A stretch of DNA of 64,000 nucleotides from an uncultured Acidobacteriota bacterium (GTDB lineage: Bacteria > Acidobacteriota > Thermoanaerobaculia > Multivoradales > UBA5704), in the NCBI GenBank assembly GCA_963770895.1, contig CAVYRF010000002.1, positions 5,216,001 to 5,280,000 of the forward strand, written 5' to 3'. How positions within the stretch are numbered: position 1 is the first letter of the stretch; each line of letters starts with the position of its first letter. Of the stretch, positions 52,918-62,400 are shown in pieces. The translations under genes were made by a program, and so were the position numbers. The notes beneath the pieces were generated by a model, which searched no databases, was not told where the DNA came from, and worked only from the letters and a program-made list of their open reading frames with translations.

Positions 52918-52978
52918 CTGGCTGGGCTGTCGGGCTGGGCTGGCGCTGGGCTGTCCTGGGCTGTCGCTGGGCTGTCGG
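52918..52978 (+). repeat. About five CTGGGCTG(TC) direct repeats, putative arm-type sites
   Basis: Expanded version of 37987-38018. Confidence 0.7.
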
Positions 52979-53082
52979 AGAACAGGATTCGAAGGGTATC
53001 ATAGGGAACGGCAGAGTCAAGAAAGTCCATAGAATAAGGCTTTCAGGGATGTACTTGGATCATGGCAGAACACGGACACCAA

Positions 53083-53097
53083 GACTGAAAATCACGG
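53083..53097 (+). repeat. att copy 3, truncated (GACTGAAAATCACGG)
   Basis: Same upstream context as copy 2; the T-arm/CCA part is replaced by intron sequence. Confidence 0.85.
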
Positions 53098-53230
53098 GTC
53101 GAGTGGCTCGGGGGAATTTCACCCCCGCGCTCTCACGGAACCGGACGTGAGGCTCTCGCCTCATCCGGCTCTTACGATCCAGCCTCCAGTTGCGCCCCGA
53201 GGGTCCACAGCACGAATAGCGTCGGGTCGG
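53098..53230 (-). mobile_element. Group II intron 3' remnant: IEP tail plus domains V and VI (class D-like)
   Basis: Minus strand PTLFVLWTLGAQLEAGS*, then GAGCCGGATGAGGCGAGAGCCTCACGTCCGGTTC (domain V) and GGGGGTGAAATTCCCCCGAGCCACTCGAC (domain VI, ends AC). Confidence 0.88.
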
Positions 53231-53260
53231 GGCCGCGGTTTGGCTACCTGGCCTCTGGCC

Positions 53261-53488
53261 CTAAACCGAGCACCCTACGACGGGGGTGCTTGGTACACAG
53301 CAGACGGTGTATGCCGAGCCTCCGTCGCCAGTCCCGGTCGTAGTGCGGCACTGCCCCAACGTGCAAACGGCACTGCAATCGATACAACTGGCGGCTGGGC
53401 CAGTCCCACCGCCCGCGATCCTTCCGAGGTCGAGGCGATTCAGGTGGCGAAGAGTCTCGCGATTCAGTTGCAGCTTTCTCGTCTTCAT
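53261..53488 (-). CDS. RiPP (lanthipeptide-like) precursor 2, 75 aa
   Basis: AAGGAG RBS; leader MKTRKLQLNRETLRHL..IAGG; core with 7 Cys and many Ser/Thr. Confidence 0.8.
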   Translation of the reverse strand: MKTRKLQLNRETLRHLNRLDLGRIAGGGTGPAASCIDCSAVCTLGQCRTTTGTGDGGSAYTVCCVPSTPVVGCSV

Positions 53489-53657
53489 TTGCCTTCTCCT
53501 TGCTGAACAACACTGAGCTGGAGCATCAATGCGCCATCTTCGACTGTATGGCGCATCTGGCACCAGTAGCTGCTTCCCCATGGTTCGGGGCGGTTCGGCG
53601 CCGGCCGAGCCGGCGCCGAGGCGTCGTTCCTTTAGGTGGGCTGGATGCGGATTCCGG

Positions 53658-53828
53658 TCAACACCCTCCGGTCTTCGCACAGGAGTAACAGAATGTGCCT
53701 GGGATGCTGTCACAGCTGTCGGCGGCTGTGCAGGTGGCGCTGAGACCGCCGGTCGCCTTCCGCAGATTTCCCTCCAGAGAGCGGACGGTTTCCCGGCTCA
53801 ACGTGAGCTTCGGAGTCTGCTTTTTCAT
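53658..53828 (-). CDS. RiPP (lanthipeptide-like) precursor 1, 56 aa; not in the ORF track
   Basis: AAGGAGG RBS; MKKQTPKLTLSRETVRSLEGNLRKATGG-LSATCTAADSCDSIPGTFCYSCAKTGGC. Confidence 0.8.
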   Translation of the reverse strand: MKKQTPKLTLSRETVRSLEGNLRKATGGLSATCTAADSCDSIPGTFCYSCAKTGGC

Positions 53829-54265
53829 GGCTTGATTCCTCCTTGCAGGTGGGCCGCTTCCGCGGCCGACATTTGTATGGCCTGGCCAGGCGTCATCGCC
53901 GTGGTCACCCCGACCCTAGCGAACCGACAGGCGGCCTTCCATGAGCGATCGATGAGCGCTGGCTTAGGAGGAGGTGAGCAAGGCAGGCCGGGGATTGCGA
54001 GCATGGACGAAGGCGGCGTGGAAGGCAGGAGGGACGGTGCGCCCAGCAGGATCTCGGCACACGGGCCGGCGGTGATATCGGCAGCGTCGAACAGCAGGTA
54101 GCCGCTATCGCCGCGACCGGCGTCGTACATCGGGCTGACCAGGTGGCGCCGCCGGCCTGGCGTTTAAACGCTCAGAATGCGCGACCGGCGACGGATCGGC
54201 CCGCGGATGCGAAGCTGGCTTGCATTGGATCAGGGGCTCCGGCCGCGTGGCCCGCGCCCGCTGGC

Positions 54266-54568
54266 TCACGTCTTAGACCGGGGGCCGGGGGTGGTCATGT
54301 GCTTGGGGATGTCGGCACCCCGTTTGCGAGCTCGACTGCGCTGCTGGCTCAGACGCTGGCGCTCGCGTCGGTCAGGGGCGGTCTTCGGCTCGGGGACAAC
54401 CTGAGCCAACACCGCTGTCAGGGATGGGATTATTCCAAATACCTCAGCCTGCGCCACGATGCCGGTGATGACGACTTCGGTACGGTTGAGACCGCGTGCC
54501 TCGCAGACCCGATCCAGGAGGTCGACCACGGCAGCGGGGATGCGCATATTGATCTGGTGCCGAGCCAT
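54266..54568 (-). CDS. Ribbon-helix-helix DNA-binding protein
   Basis: MARHQINMRIPAAVVDLLDRVCEARGLNRTEVV. Confidence 0.6.
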   Translation of the reverse strand: MARHQINMRIPAAVVDLLDRVCEARGLNRTEVVITGIVAQAEVFGIIPSLTAVLAQVVPEPKTAPDRRERQRLSQQRSRARKRGADIPKHMTTPGPRSKT

Positions 54569-54999
54569 GGCGCATTCTGGCACATCGACGCATCGTGCCT
54601 GGGGTTGCCGCCGACAGGGCGACGGGTGCCGGAGACGATGAGGTCTACGATTGTTTGTAGACCCCCCTCGGAGTCCCGGCCCACGAGGCTGACGATTGGT
54701 GAGCTGAACGACATCGCCAATGCCCGTCGTGAAAGCGGACTGCGTTTAAACAGCTGCGACCGCAGGACGCAGCTCGGCCGTCCAACCTCCGTCAATGCGA
54801 GGGGTACGTGCCTCGCCAGCTGCGCCGGGGACCTGGCGTGGGCATGTCGCGTCCCGCGTCCAGCCCGACCGGGCCTGACCTGGCCGCGGCCCAGCCACGG
54901 TGCCGGTCCGCTTCGTGCATGTCGGTTCCGTCAGTGCGCCTGACATCACGCTGTCAAGTGCCATGGTCATTTCCTCAGTGAATTGTTTCCGATAACCCG

Positions 55000-55614
55000 T
55001 CAGACGCGCCGCGGCTGGAGCACCAAGTCGGCCGCTTCCTCGGCCTCTTTCAGGAGCGTCTTGCGCGGCGTGCCTATCAACGCACGCATGGTAAGGCCAC
55101 GAACAAAATCCGTGACTTGGATCGCGCGCACGGCTACGGGAAAGTCAGACGGGATTTCTCCAGCAGTGATCGCGTCCCGGAAACGGCGCTCCACCAGTGC
55201 CGCGCCGCCCGCGACCGCGCTCTGCAGGAACCGCTGAACCTCAGCGTCGTTCACAAGCGGCGCGACGCACACCATGAGGCAGCCACGGGCGGACCCTTTC
55301 TCGGTCGCACTTTCGACGGCGTACCTCAGAAAGCCCATGATCGAGTCGCGAAGACTCTGTGGCGAGAGGAGTGCCTTCGCGGCTGATGCGCCCTTCCGTT
55401 CTGCGTACGCCTTAAGGACGCGCAAGAATATCGCCCGTTTGCCCCCAAAGACGGCATACAGGCTCGGCCGTCCCACGCCCATCCCGGCGACGAGATCGTC
55501 GATCGTCACTCCGTCGTAGCCCTTCGACCAAAATACCTGGGTCGCCTTTTCCAGCGCCCCTGTCTCGTCGAAGTTGCGCGGCCGTCCACGCGGCTTAGGA
55601 TGATTCTGAACCAT
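55000..55614 (-). CDS. TetR/AcrR family regulator
   Basis: RGRPRNFD..FWSKGYDGVTIDDL...GVGRPSLYAVFGGK..GCL. Confidence 0.92.
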   Translation of the reverse strand: MVQNHPKPRGRPRNFDETGALEKATQVFWSKGYDGVTIDDLVAGMGVGRPSLYAVFGGKRAIFLRVLKAYAERKGASAAKALLSPQSLRDSIMGFLRYAVESATEKGSARGCLMVCVAPLVNDAEVQRFLQSAVAGGAALVERRFRDAITAGEIPSDFPVAVRAIQVTDFVRGLTMRALIGTPRKTLLKEAEEAADLVLQPRRV

Positions 55615-55643
55615 TCAGTTAAAAACTCCTTGCAATGCATCTT

Positions 55644-55666
55644 CCGATTATGATACTAAATAGTTC
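55644..55666 (+). promoter_or_regulatory. Putative TetR operator, copy 1
   Basis: CCGATTATGATACTAAATAGTTC; 21/23 identical to 56850-56872. Confidence 0.65.
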
Positions 55667-55738
55667 GGAATTAGCAAGTCGTCCGTGGCCCTCGCGGGGC
55701 CTCACGACTCGACCTTCACCCTTTACCACGGAGACGCC

Positions 55739-56713
55739 ATGAAAAATTCGTTCGCGCTCGTCACCGGCACCACGTCCGGGCTCGGTTATGCGGCAGCCGG
55801 CTTGCTCGCCGCCAAGGGCTACCGCCAAGTCATCGTCACCGGCCGCAGCCTGGCCCGGGTCCAGCAAACGGCCGCTCAACTCGCGACTGAGACCAAGAAA
55901 AACATCTTCACGCCGCTGGAGCTGGATCTGGACTCGCCGTCCAGCGTTCAGTCCGCCCTCGCCGAGCTGGTCAAGCGGGGTCAGCCGATCGATTTCCTGC
56001 TGCTCAATGCAGGGATGGTCCCCGGTAAGAAGCGCGTGATCACGGCGGCGGGCTTCGAGGCTTCTCAGGCCCCGCTGATCGGCCATCATCAACTGACTGT
56101 CGGGCTGCTCCGCGCCAACCTGCTGAGCCCCAACGCTCGGATTGTTATCGCCGGGGCAGAACCTGCCCGGGGGGGCGTACCTATGTTCAGCTACACCGAC
56201 TTGCCGGCCTTTGCGGCCAAACAATACCACGGCGACCGAACCGCCGCTGTTGAAGCCCTGCTGCGCAACGGGCCGAACGTGAGGTACGTGCCCAACAATG
56301 CGTATGCCGACGCGAAGCTCATTATCGCTTGGTGGGTCGCGGCGCTGGCACGGCGGCTACCCTCCGGCATGGCGGTATACGCTGTCTCGCCCGGTGCGGC
56401 GACCGACACCAAGGTGGTGCGAAACGCTGGCCCGGCGTTGAAGTATCTGTTTATCCCAATCGTGAACCTCATTCCCGGCATGAATCAGGCGCCGGAGACC
56501 GCGGCCCGTCGGTACCTCCAGGCGTCGGAGTTCGGAACCGACGTCTCGGGGCAATTCTTCGCCTCGGCTAAAGGGAAGTTCACAGGCCCAATTGAGGCGC
56601 AGCGCCAACCACACCTCCACGATCGCGCCAGCCAGGAAGCCGCATGGCAGGCCGTCGTCAAGGTCTCTGGCGTCGACTTCGCTTCCGCACCGTCCTTGAG
56701 CGCGGTGTCCTGA
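55739..56713 (+). CDS. SDR family oxidoreductase
   Basis: VTGTTSGLG, LLNAG, YADAK. Confidence 0.9.
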   Translation: MKNSFALVTGTTSGLGYAAAGLLAAKGYRQVIVTGRSLARVQQTAAQLATETKKNIFTPLELDLDSPSSVQSALAELVKRGQPIDFLLLNAGMVPGKKRVITAAGFEASQAPLIGHHQLTVGLLRANLLSPNARIVIAGAEPARGGVPMFSYTDLPAFAAKQYHGDRTAAVEALLRNGPNVRYVPNNAYADAKLIIAWWVAALARRLPSGMAVYAVSPGAATDTKVVRNAGPALKYLFIPIVNLIPGMNQAPETAARRYLQASEFGTDVSGQFFASAKGKFTGPIEAQRQPHLHDRASQEAAWQAVVKVSGVDFASAPSLSAVS

Positions 56714-56849
56714 AGGAGCGCCGGTCGCGGCGAAACGGTTGCGGTGACCAGAATCAGCAGGCGATTGCGCCGCTGCGTGCTCGTTCACTGGGCACTTACG
56801 GTATTTTGAATTAAATAGTTCAACACGCCCTTGACCGCAGCCTCCGCGC

Positions 56850-56872
56850 CCGATTATCATACTAGATAGTTC
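56850..56872 (+). promoter_or_regulatory. Putative TetR operator, copy 2
   Basis: CCGATTATCATACTAGATAGTTC upstream of the second SDR; related palindrome TTGAATTAAATAGTTCAA at 56806-56823. Confidence 0.65.
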
Positions 56873-56913
56873 ATTATCAGCAAAGAAACTCTAACCTCGC
56901 GAGGAGACTACAT

Positions 56914-57660
56914 ATGGAACGGTACCAAGGTAAAAGGGTGGTGATTATCGGCGGCACGAGCGGCATGGGGCTCGCGACGGCGAAGATGCTCCTCGATGGG
57001 AGTGCGCGTGTTCTGGTGACTGGTCGCTCGAAGGACGGCCTGGAATCGGCGCAGAAAGAGCTCGGAAAGGGCGCCCTCGTGGTTTCGAGCGACGCGCGGT
57101 CGTTGACGGACATCGACGCTCTGGCATCTCGGGTGAAGGCCGAGTTCGACACCTTCGACCTGCTCTTCGTCAACGCCGGGTTCAGCATCCGAGCGCCTCT
57201 CGAAAGCATGACCGAGGCTGTCTACGACGAGATGTTCAACCTGAACGCCAAGGGACCGCTTTTCGCGGTGCAGAAGCTCGCGCCGCTGATCAACCGGGGA
57301 GGCTCTATCGTCTTCACGACCTCGATCGCCAACGTCAAGGGAATGCCCGGCAACGCCGCATACGGAGCCGCCAAGGCCGCGGTGCGATCATTCGCTCGGA
57401 CGCTCGCCGCCGAGCTGATTCCTCGCGAGATTCGCGTCAACGCAGTGACGCCCGGCCCCATCGACACAGGGATCTTGGGCAAGATGTTCCCCGATAAAGA
57501 CGCGGCCGCCCAGCTTAGGGAGAAGATGATAGGCATGGTTCCCATGAAGCGCTGGGGGACGTCGGAGGAGATCGCCAAGGCCGTCCTCTTCCTCGCGTTC
57601 GATGCGACCTTCACGACCGGCGCAGAGCTTCCGGTAGACGGAGGATGGTCTCAGCTCTAA
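56914..57660 (+). CDS. SDR family oxidoreductase
   Basis: IGGTSGMG, VNAG, YGAAK, VNAVTPG, VDGG. Confidence 0.92.
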   Translation: MERYQGKRVVIIGGTSGMGLATAKMLLDGSARVLVTGRSKDGLESAQKELGKGALVVSSDARSLTDIDALASRVKAEFDTFDLLFVNAGFSIRAPLESMTEAVYDEMFNLNAKGPLFAVQKLAPLINRGGSIVFTTSIANVKGMPGNAAYGAAKAAVRSFARTLAAELIPREIRVNAVTPGPIDTGILGKMFPDKDAAAQLREKMIGMVPMKRWGTSEEIAKAVLFLAFDATFTTGAELPVDGGWSQL

Positions 57661-57848
57661 GGCTTGGACCGCCCAGGATGGTGCTGGCATCGAGAACGGT
57701 CTTCAATGGCTCGCATACCAATTGGTGAGCGGCGAAGTGATTTTGGCTGTCGATTACAGCAGGCGTGCCAGCGTCAAATGGTCCAGTTTTGAGGAACAGG
57801 GCAAGTAGTCCAAGCCTGTTCGGTGTAGCGCAACCCACGGAGGAAACA

Positions 57849-58284
57849 ATGAAAACGATGAAGCAGATCGTGGTAACGGTAAGTTTAGTCGTCATCTCGG
57901 CGATGGCACCGAGAGTGGAAGCGCAGCAGGGCGTCGAGAAGGCTGCTGCAGGGACGCTGGTCGCTCCGGCCGAGGCGCTAAATTCGCTGCTGAATATGAC
58001 TGAGAGCCAGATGATAAGTCTGGTGAAGGCATTGCCTGCCGACAAGTATGGATTTGCACCAAGCCCGATATCAATCCAAGCACGCTTGCTAAGTTGACGA
58101 ACAAAGATGAGCTTGTTGCTGCCCTTGAGGCCTCGTTTGCTTTCGATCACAAGGCGATTGGGATGCTCACGACCGCAAACGCATTCGAAAGCGTGGGTGG
58201 ATCGTTCACGCGCTCCACTCAGGCCGCCATGATCGCGGTGCATGCTTCCGATGAGTACGGGCAGATGGTGGAGTATCTGCGCAT
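57849..58284 (+). pseudogene. DinB-family secreted protein with internal deletion/frameshift
   Basis: Signal peptide, ALPADKYGFAP, then in another frame KDELVAALEASF..HASDEYGQMVEYLR. Confidence 0.65.
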
Positions 58285-59206
58285 AAGAGCGACAAGCGGC
58301 CTCGGGCTGGCCACGGCCCTGCTTCTGGCGGAGCGAGGCGCGGAGGTCGTGATGGTGGGACGTGATCGAACCCGCTCGAATTTCCTGCGCACTGAAATCG
58401 CGCAATATGCTTCCGGTAGCGAGCCCATCCTGTTCCTCGCAGACCTGTCGTCGCAGGCGGAGATCCACCGCCTGGCCGAAAAGCTTCATGGAAGTTTGTC
58501 ACGGATCGATGTCCTGATCAACAATGCGGCCGCTGTGTTCGCAGAAAGAGAAGTGACGCCGGATGGCCTGGAGAAAACCTTCGCCGTTAATCACCTTGCG
58601 CCGTTCGCGCTAACTCACCTTGTGCTCGATCTCATCCGCGCCGCGCCCGCCGGGAGAATTCTCACCGCGTCCTCGGAGTTCCATAGCGGAGAACTGGATT
58701 TGTCCAATCTCCAGGGAGAGCGGCGATACAACTGGTTGGGGGCCTACAAGCGCTCGAAGCTTTGCAACATTCTGTTTACTTACGAACTCTCCCGGCGCCT
58801 CGCAGGATCGACGATTACCGCGAACTGTTTTAGTCCCGGACCCACGCTCACACGCCTGGGCGACAACATGCGAGGTCTACCTGCAGCAGTCCCGTGGTTG
58901 TTAAAGCGCATTCCATCTTTGCTTGCATTTCCGGAAGGCGCAGCGAGAACTCCCGTCTACGTCGCGTCCTCGCCCGATCTCGACGGTGTCTCCGGCAGAT
59001 TCTTCAGGCAGTGCCGAGAGACGCACACAAAACAGATTACGTACGACAATAGCGTCGCAGTCAGGCTCTGGAACATGAGTCAAGAGCTGTATGGGAGCCG
59101 CGCCAGCGCCGTCGGCGTGTTCCTTTTCGGTAAGGCGGGCAATGACGAATTTCGTGCGCTGCCGCCGGTTGCTGCCCGCGCTAATGATCGCCCCGCCAGA
59201 CGCTGA
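58285..59206 (+). pseudogene. SDR (retinol-dehydrogenase-like) lacking its N terminus, fused to the DinB tail
   Basis: Starts abruptly at ATSGLG; INNAA, FAVNHL, YKRSK. Confidence 0.7.
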
Positions 59207-59246
59207 GTTGCCGAGCCGGCTGACAGTCTCTGGGCGCATCCAACCG

Positions 59247-59464
59247 GTGGACGGCCTCTACTTCGCGCTACCCACCCGCACGGCGGCCACCCAGATCTAT
59301 CGCCGCACCCATGCCGCCATCACCCATCTCTTCCCGGATACGGCCAGCCGGCCGGCCGTTGTCCTCGCCGTACCCGGCTACCTCGATGTCGACGGCGTCG
59401 CGGGCATCCGCTTGCCACCCTTCCGTGTCCTCTGGCCCGACGAGCCCCTGCGCGATCGCGGCTG
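59247..59464 (+). pseudogene. cas3: Fragment of CRISPR-associated helicase Cas3 (type I-E-like)
   Basis: VDGLYFALPTRTAATQIYRR..LFP...RPAVVLAVPGYLDVDG..LP.F.VLWPD resembles Cas3 helicase motif Ia and the following segment. Confidence 0.65.
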
Positions 59465-59485
59465 CGGGCGTGCGGGCGGGTCAGG

Positions 59486-62400
59486 TCAGGCGGTCTTGCG
59501 GCGCCGCAGGCGGACGAAGGCGGCTCCGCCGAGGCCCAGGGCCAGGAGCAGGAGACCCAGGGTCGAGAGGGTGGGGATGGGGGCGGAGGTCGCGGCCACC
59601 GTGAAGTTGGTGGGATCGGCGGGGCCGCCCACGCCCGGATCGTCGGTTACCGCCGTGGCGTCGTTGGTGCCGTTGCCGTCGCTGTCATAGGAAATCGACC
59701 CCTGATTGGAGACGGTCTCGCCGGCGGCGCTGGCGAGGATGGTGGCGGTGATCGTGATGGTCACCGAACCGCCGGCCGGAATCGCGCCGTTCCAGGTGAC
59801 GGTGTTGCTGCCGGTGTTGGCCGCCGCGGCGCCGCTCGAGGCGGTGGCGGAGACGAGCGTGAGGCCGCCGGGGAGGATGTCGGTGAACTCGTTGCCTGGG
59901 TTGTCGGCCTGGGCTCCGGCGCCGGAGTTGTGCAGGGTCACGGTGTAGGTAACGGTGCCGCCGACGGCGTACGGGCCGCCGGAGACGGTCTTGGTGCCGG
60001 TGACGGTAGCTCCGAGCGGCTGGGTGATGGTGTCGGTGTCGGTCGCCGAGTTGTTGCCCGGAGTCGGGTCGGTGACGCCCGCCGGGGCGGTCACCGTGGC
60101 GGTGTTGGAGACGGTGCCGGTGGCGGCCGCCGCGACGTTGCAGCTCGCGGTGTAGGTGACGCTGGCGCCCGCCGGGAGGTTCACGGTGCCGTTGATGTTG
60201 CCCGCGCCGGAGGCGGTGCAGGTGCCGCCGCCCGCGCCGAGGCAGGTCCAGGTGCAGGTGAGCGACGCCGGGAAGGTGTCGGCGACGGTGGCGCCGGCGG
60301 CGTTGCTGGGTCCGGCGTTGGAGGCGGTGATGGTGTAGGTCACCGAGCCGCCGGGGGTGGCCGTGGTCACGCCGTCGGTCGCGGTGATCGCGAGATCGGC
60401 GCTGGCCGCCAGCGTGTCGGTGTCGGTCGCCGAGTTGTTGCCCGGAGTCGGGTCGGTGACGCCCGCCGGGGCGGTCACCGTGGCGGTGTTGGAGACGGTG
60501 CCGGTGGCGGCCGCCGCGACGTTGCAGCTCGCGGTGTAGGTGACGCTGGCGCCCGCCGGGAGGTTCACGGTGCCGTTGATGTTGCCCGAGCCGGCGGCGG
60601 TGCAGGTGCCGCCGCCCGCGCCGACGCAGGTCCAGGTGCAGGTGAGCGACGCCGGGAAGGTGTCGGCGACGGTGGCTCCGGTGGCGTTGCTGGGACCGGC
60701 GTTGGAGCCGGTGATGGTGTAGGTCACCGAGCCGCCGGGGGTGGCCGTGGTCACGCCGTCGGTCGCGGTGATCGCGAGATCGGCCTGTGGCGTCAGCGTG
60801 TCGGTGTCGGTGCCGCTGTTGTTGGCCGGGTTCGGATCGGTGGCGAAGGAAACCGTGGCGGTGTCGGAGATGGTGCCGGTGGCGGCCGCCGAGATGGTGC
60901 AGCTCGCGGTATAGGTGACGCTGGCGCCCGCCGGGAGGTTGACCGTGTCGTTGATGTTGCCCGAGCCGGCGGCGGTGCAGGTGCCGCCGCCCGCGCCGAC
61001 GCAGGTCCAGGTGCAGGTGAGGGCTGCCGGGAAGGTGTCCGCCACCGTGGCCCCGGTCGCCGGGAGGGGGGACGAGTTGGAGGCGTTGATGGTGTAGGTC
61101 ACCGAGCCGCCGGGGGTGGCCTCGGTCACGCCGTCGGTCACCGTGATCCCAAGGTCCGGTGGCGCCTCGTCGTCGTAGCAGGCGGTGACGTCGTTGAGCG
61201 TGGGGCTCACCGTGGCGTCGGAGGTGGCGAAGAACGCCCGGTACTCCAGATACTGGAAGCCGTTGAACTGGCTGAGCGAGGCGCCGCTGGTGGTGAAGTA
61301 CGTCGCGGCGGTGCCGTCGGGGCCGACGAAGGCGAAGGGGCCCGACGGCGAGTTGCTGGCCGCGGCCTGGAACTGCAGGGTGGTGTTTGCCGGAACCGTG
61401 GCGGTCCAGGAGAGCGTCGTCCAGGTCGGTGTGTCGCCGGCCGGCGGGTTGCTGTCCTTGACACCCGAGATGAGGTCGCCCGACGAGCCGAAGCCGCTGT
61501 CGACGTGGATCTTGAAGCCGGCGTCGGTGCTCACGCCGCCGGTCAACGGAATCGACCAGACGGTGCCGCTGGTGGCGCCGGAGACCCGGCTGCCGCCGGG
61601 GTAGACGTCCGAGCCGGCCGTCGAGGTGCCGCTCCTGGTGAGCGCGTAGGTGCCCGGCGAGGGGTTCGCCGTCGGGCGGATCACGATGGCGTACTGCGTG
61701 CCGGCGGTCAGGGACGGCGGCGAGCTGAAGGTCGCCGTATAGAAGGCGGCCGCGCCGCTGCTGAATCCGGTGATCGTGGCCGCGGCCAGGTCGGCGCCGG
61801 TCGGCAGGCCGCCGCTCGTGGCGCGCAGGCTCAAGGTGAGGTTCGGCGTCGTCCCGGTGCAGCCGCTGCAGAAGAGGTTGATGTCCGCCGCGGTGAGCGT
61901 GCCCGAGCGCGAAGGCGTGAAGGTCTGGCCGCCCCAGGTCGTCGTGGTGATGCCGACGCCGCTCGTGCCGAGCGTGGTGCTCTGCTGGTCGATGTCGGGC
62001 TTGGCGAGCACGACGTCGCCGGGGCTCGCCGTCAGGTCGACGTTGGTCGGCGTACCGGTCTGGAAATCGGCCTGCGTCGTGTCGGTCAGGCACGCGCTGG
62101 TATCTGCCGTGGCAAGGGAGAAATTCTGCGTCGTCGTGTTGCCGTCGCTCACCACGATGCCGGACGCCGTGCTGGAGACGGACCCGGGATCGCTGGCGCT
62201 GGCGGTGGGGTAGGTGCCGGCGGGGAGGCTCGCGAAGGCGTAGGAACCGGCGCCGTCCGTGGTTGTGGTGCGGCTGCCGAGGCGCACGGTCGCGCCGGCG
62301 ATCGGCGCGCCGCCCACCGTGGCGGTCACCGTGCCGGAGAGCGTGCCGCCGGCGCCCACCGGGGTGCAGGACGGGTAGGAGAACGAGCCGACCCGGGTCA

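Larger units (their letters stand above)
38124..53097. mobile_element. Integrative element B (about 15 kb), phage-satellite/PICI-like
   Basis: Bounded by att copies 2 and 3; carries terS-like, xis-like, primase and integrase genes; no capsid, tail or conjugation genes seen. Confidence 0.75.

Noticed and set aside
53830-54130. RiPP modifying enzyme upstream of the precursors
   Set aside because: The 101-aa ORF has no lanthipeptide synthetase, radical SAM or peptidase motif and looks like a fragment.
53098-59480. Complete cargo-carrying group II intron spanning the RiPP and SDR genes
   Set aside because: No intron 5' end followed by the remaining att sequence was found, so only the 3' remnant is supported.
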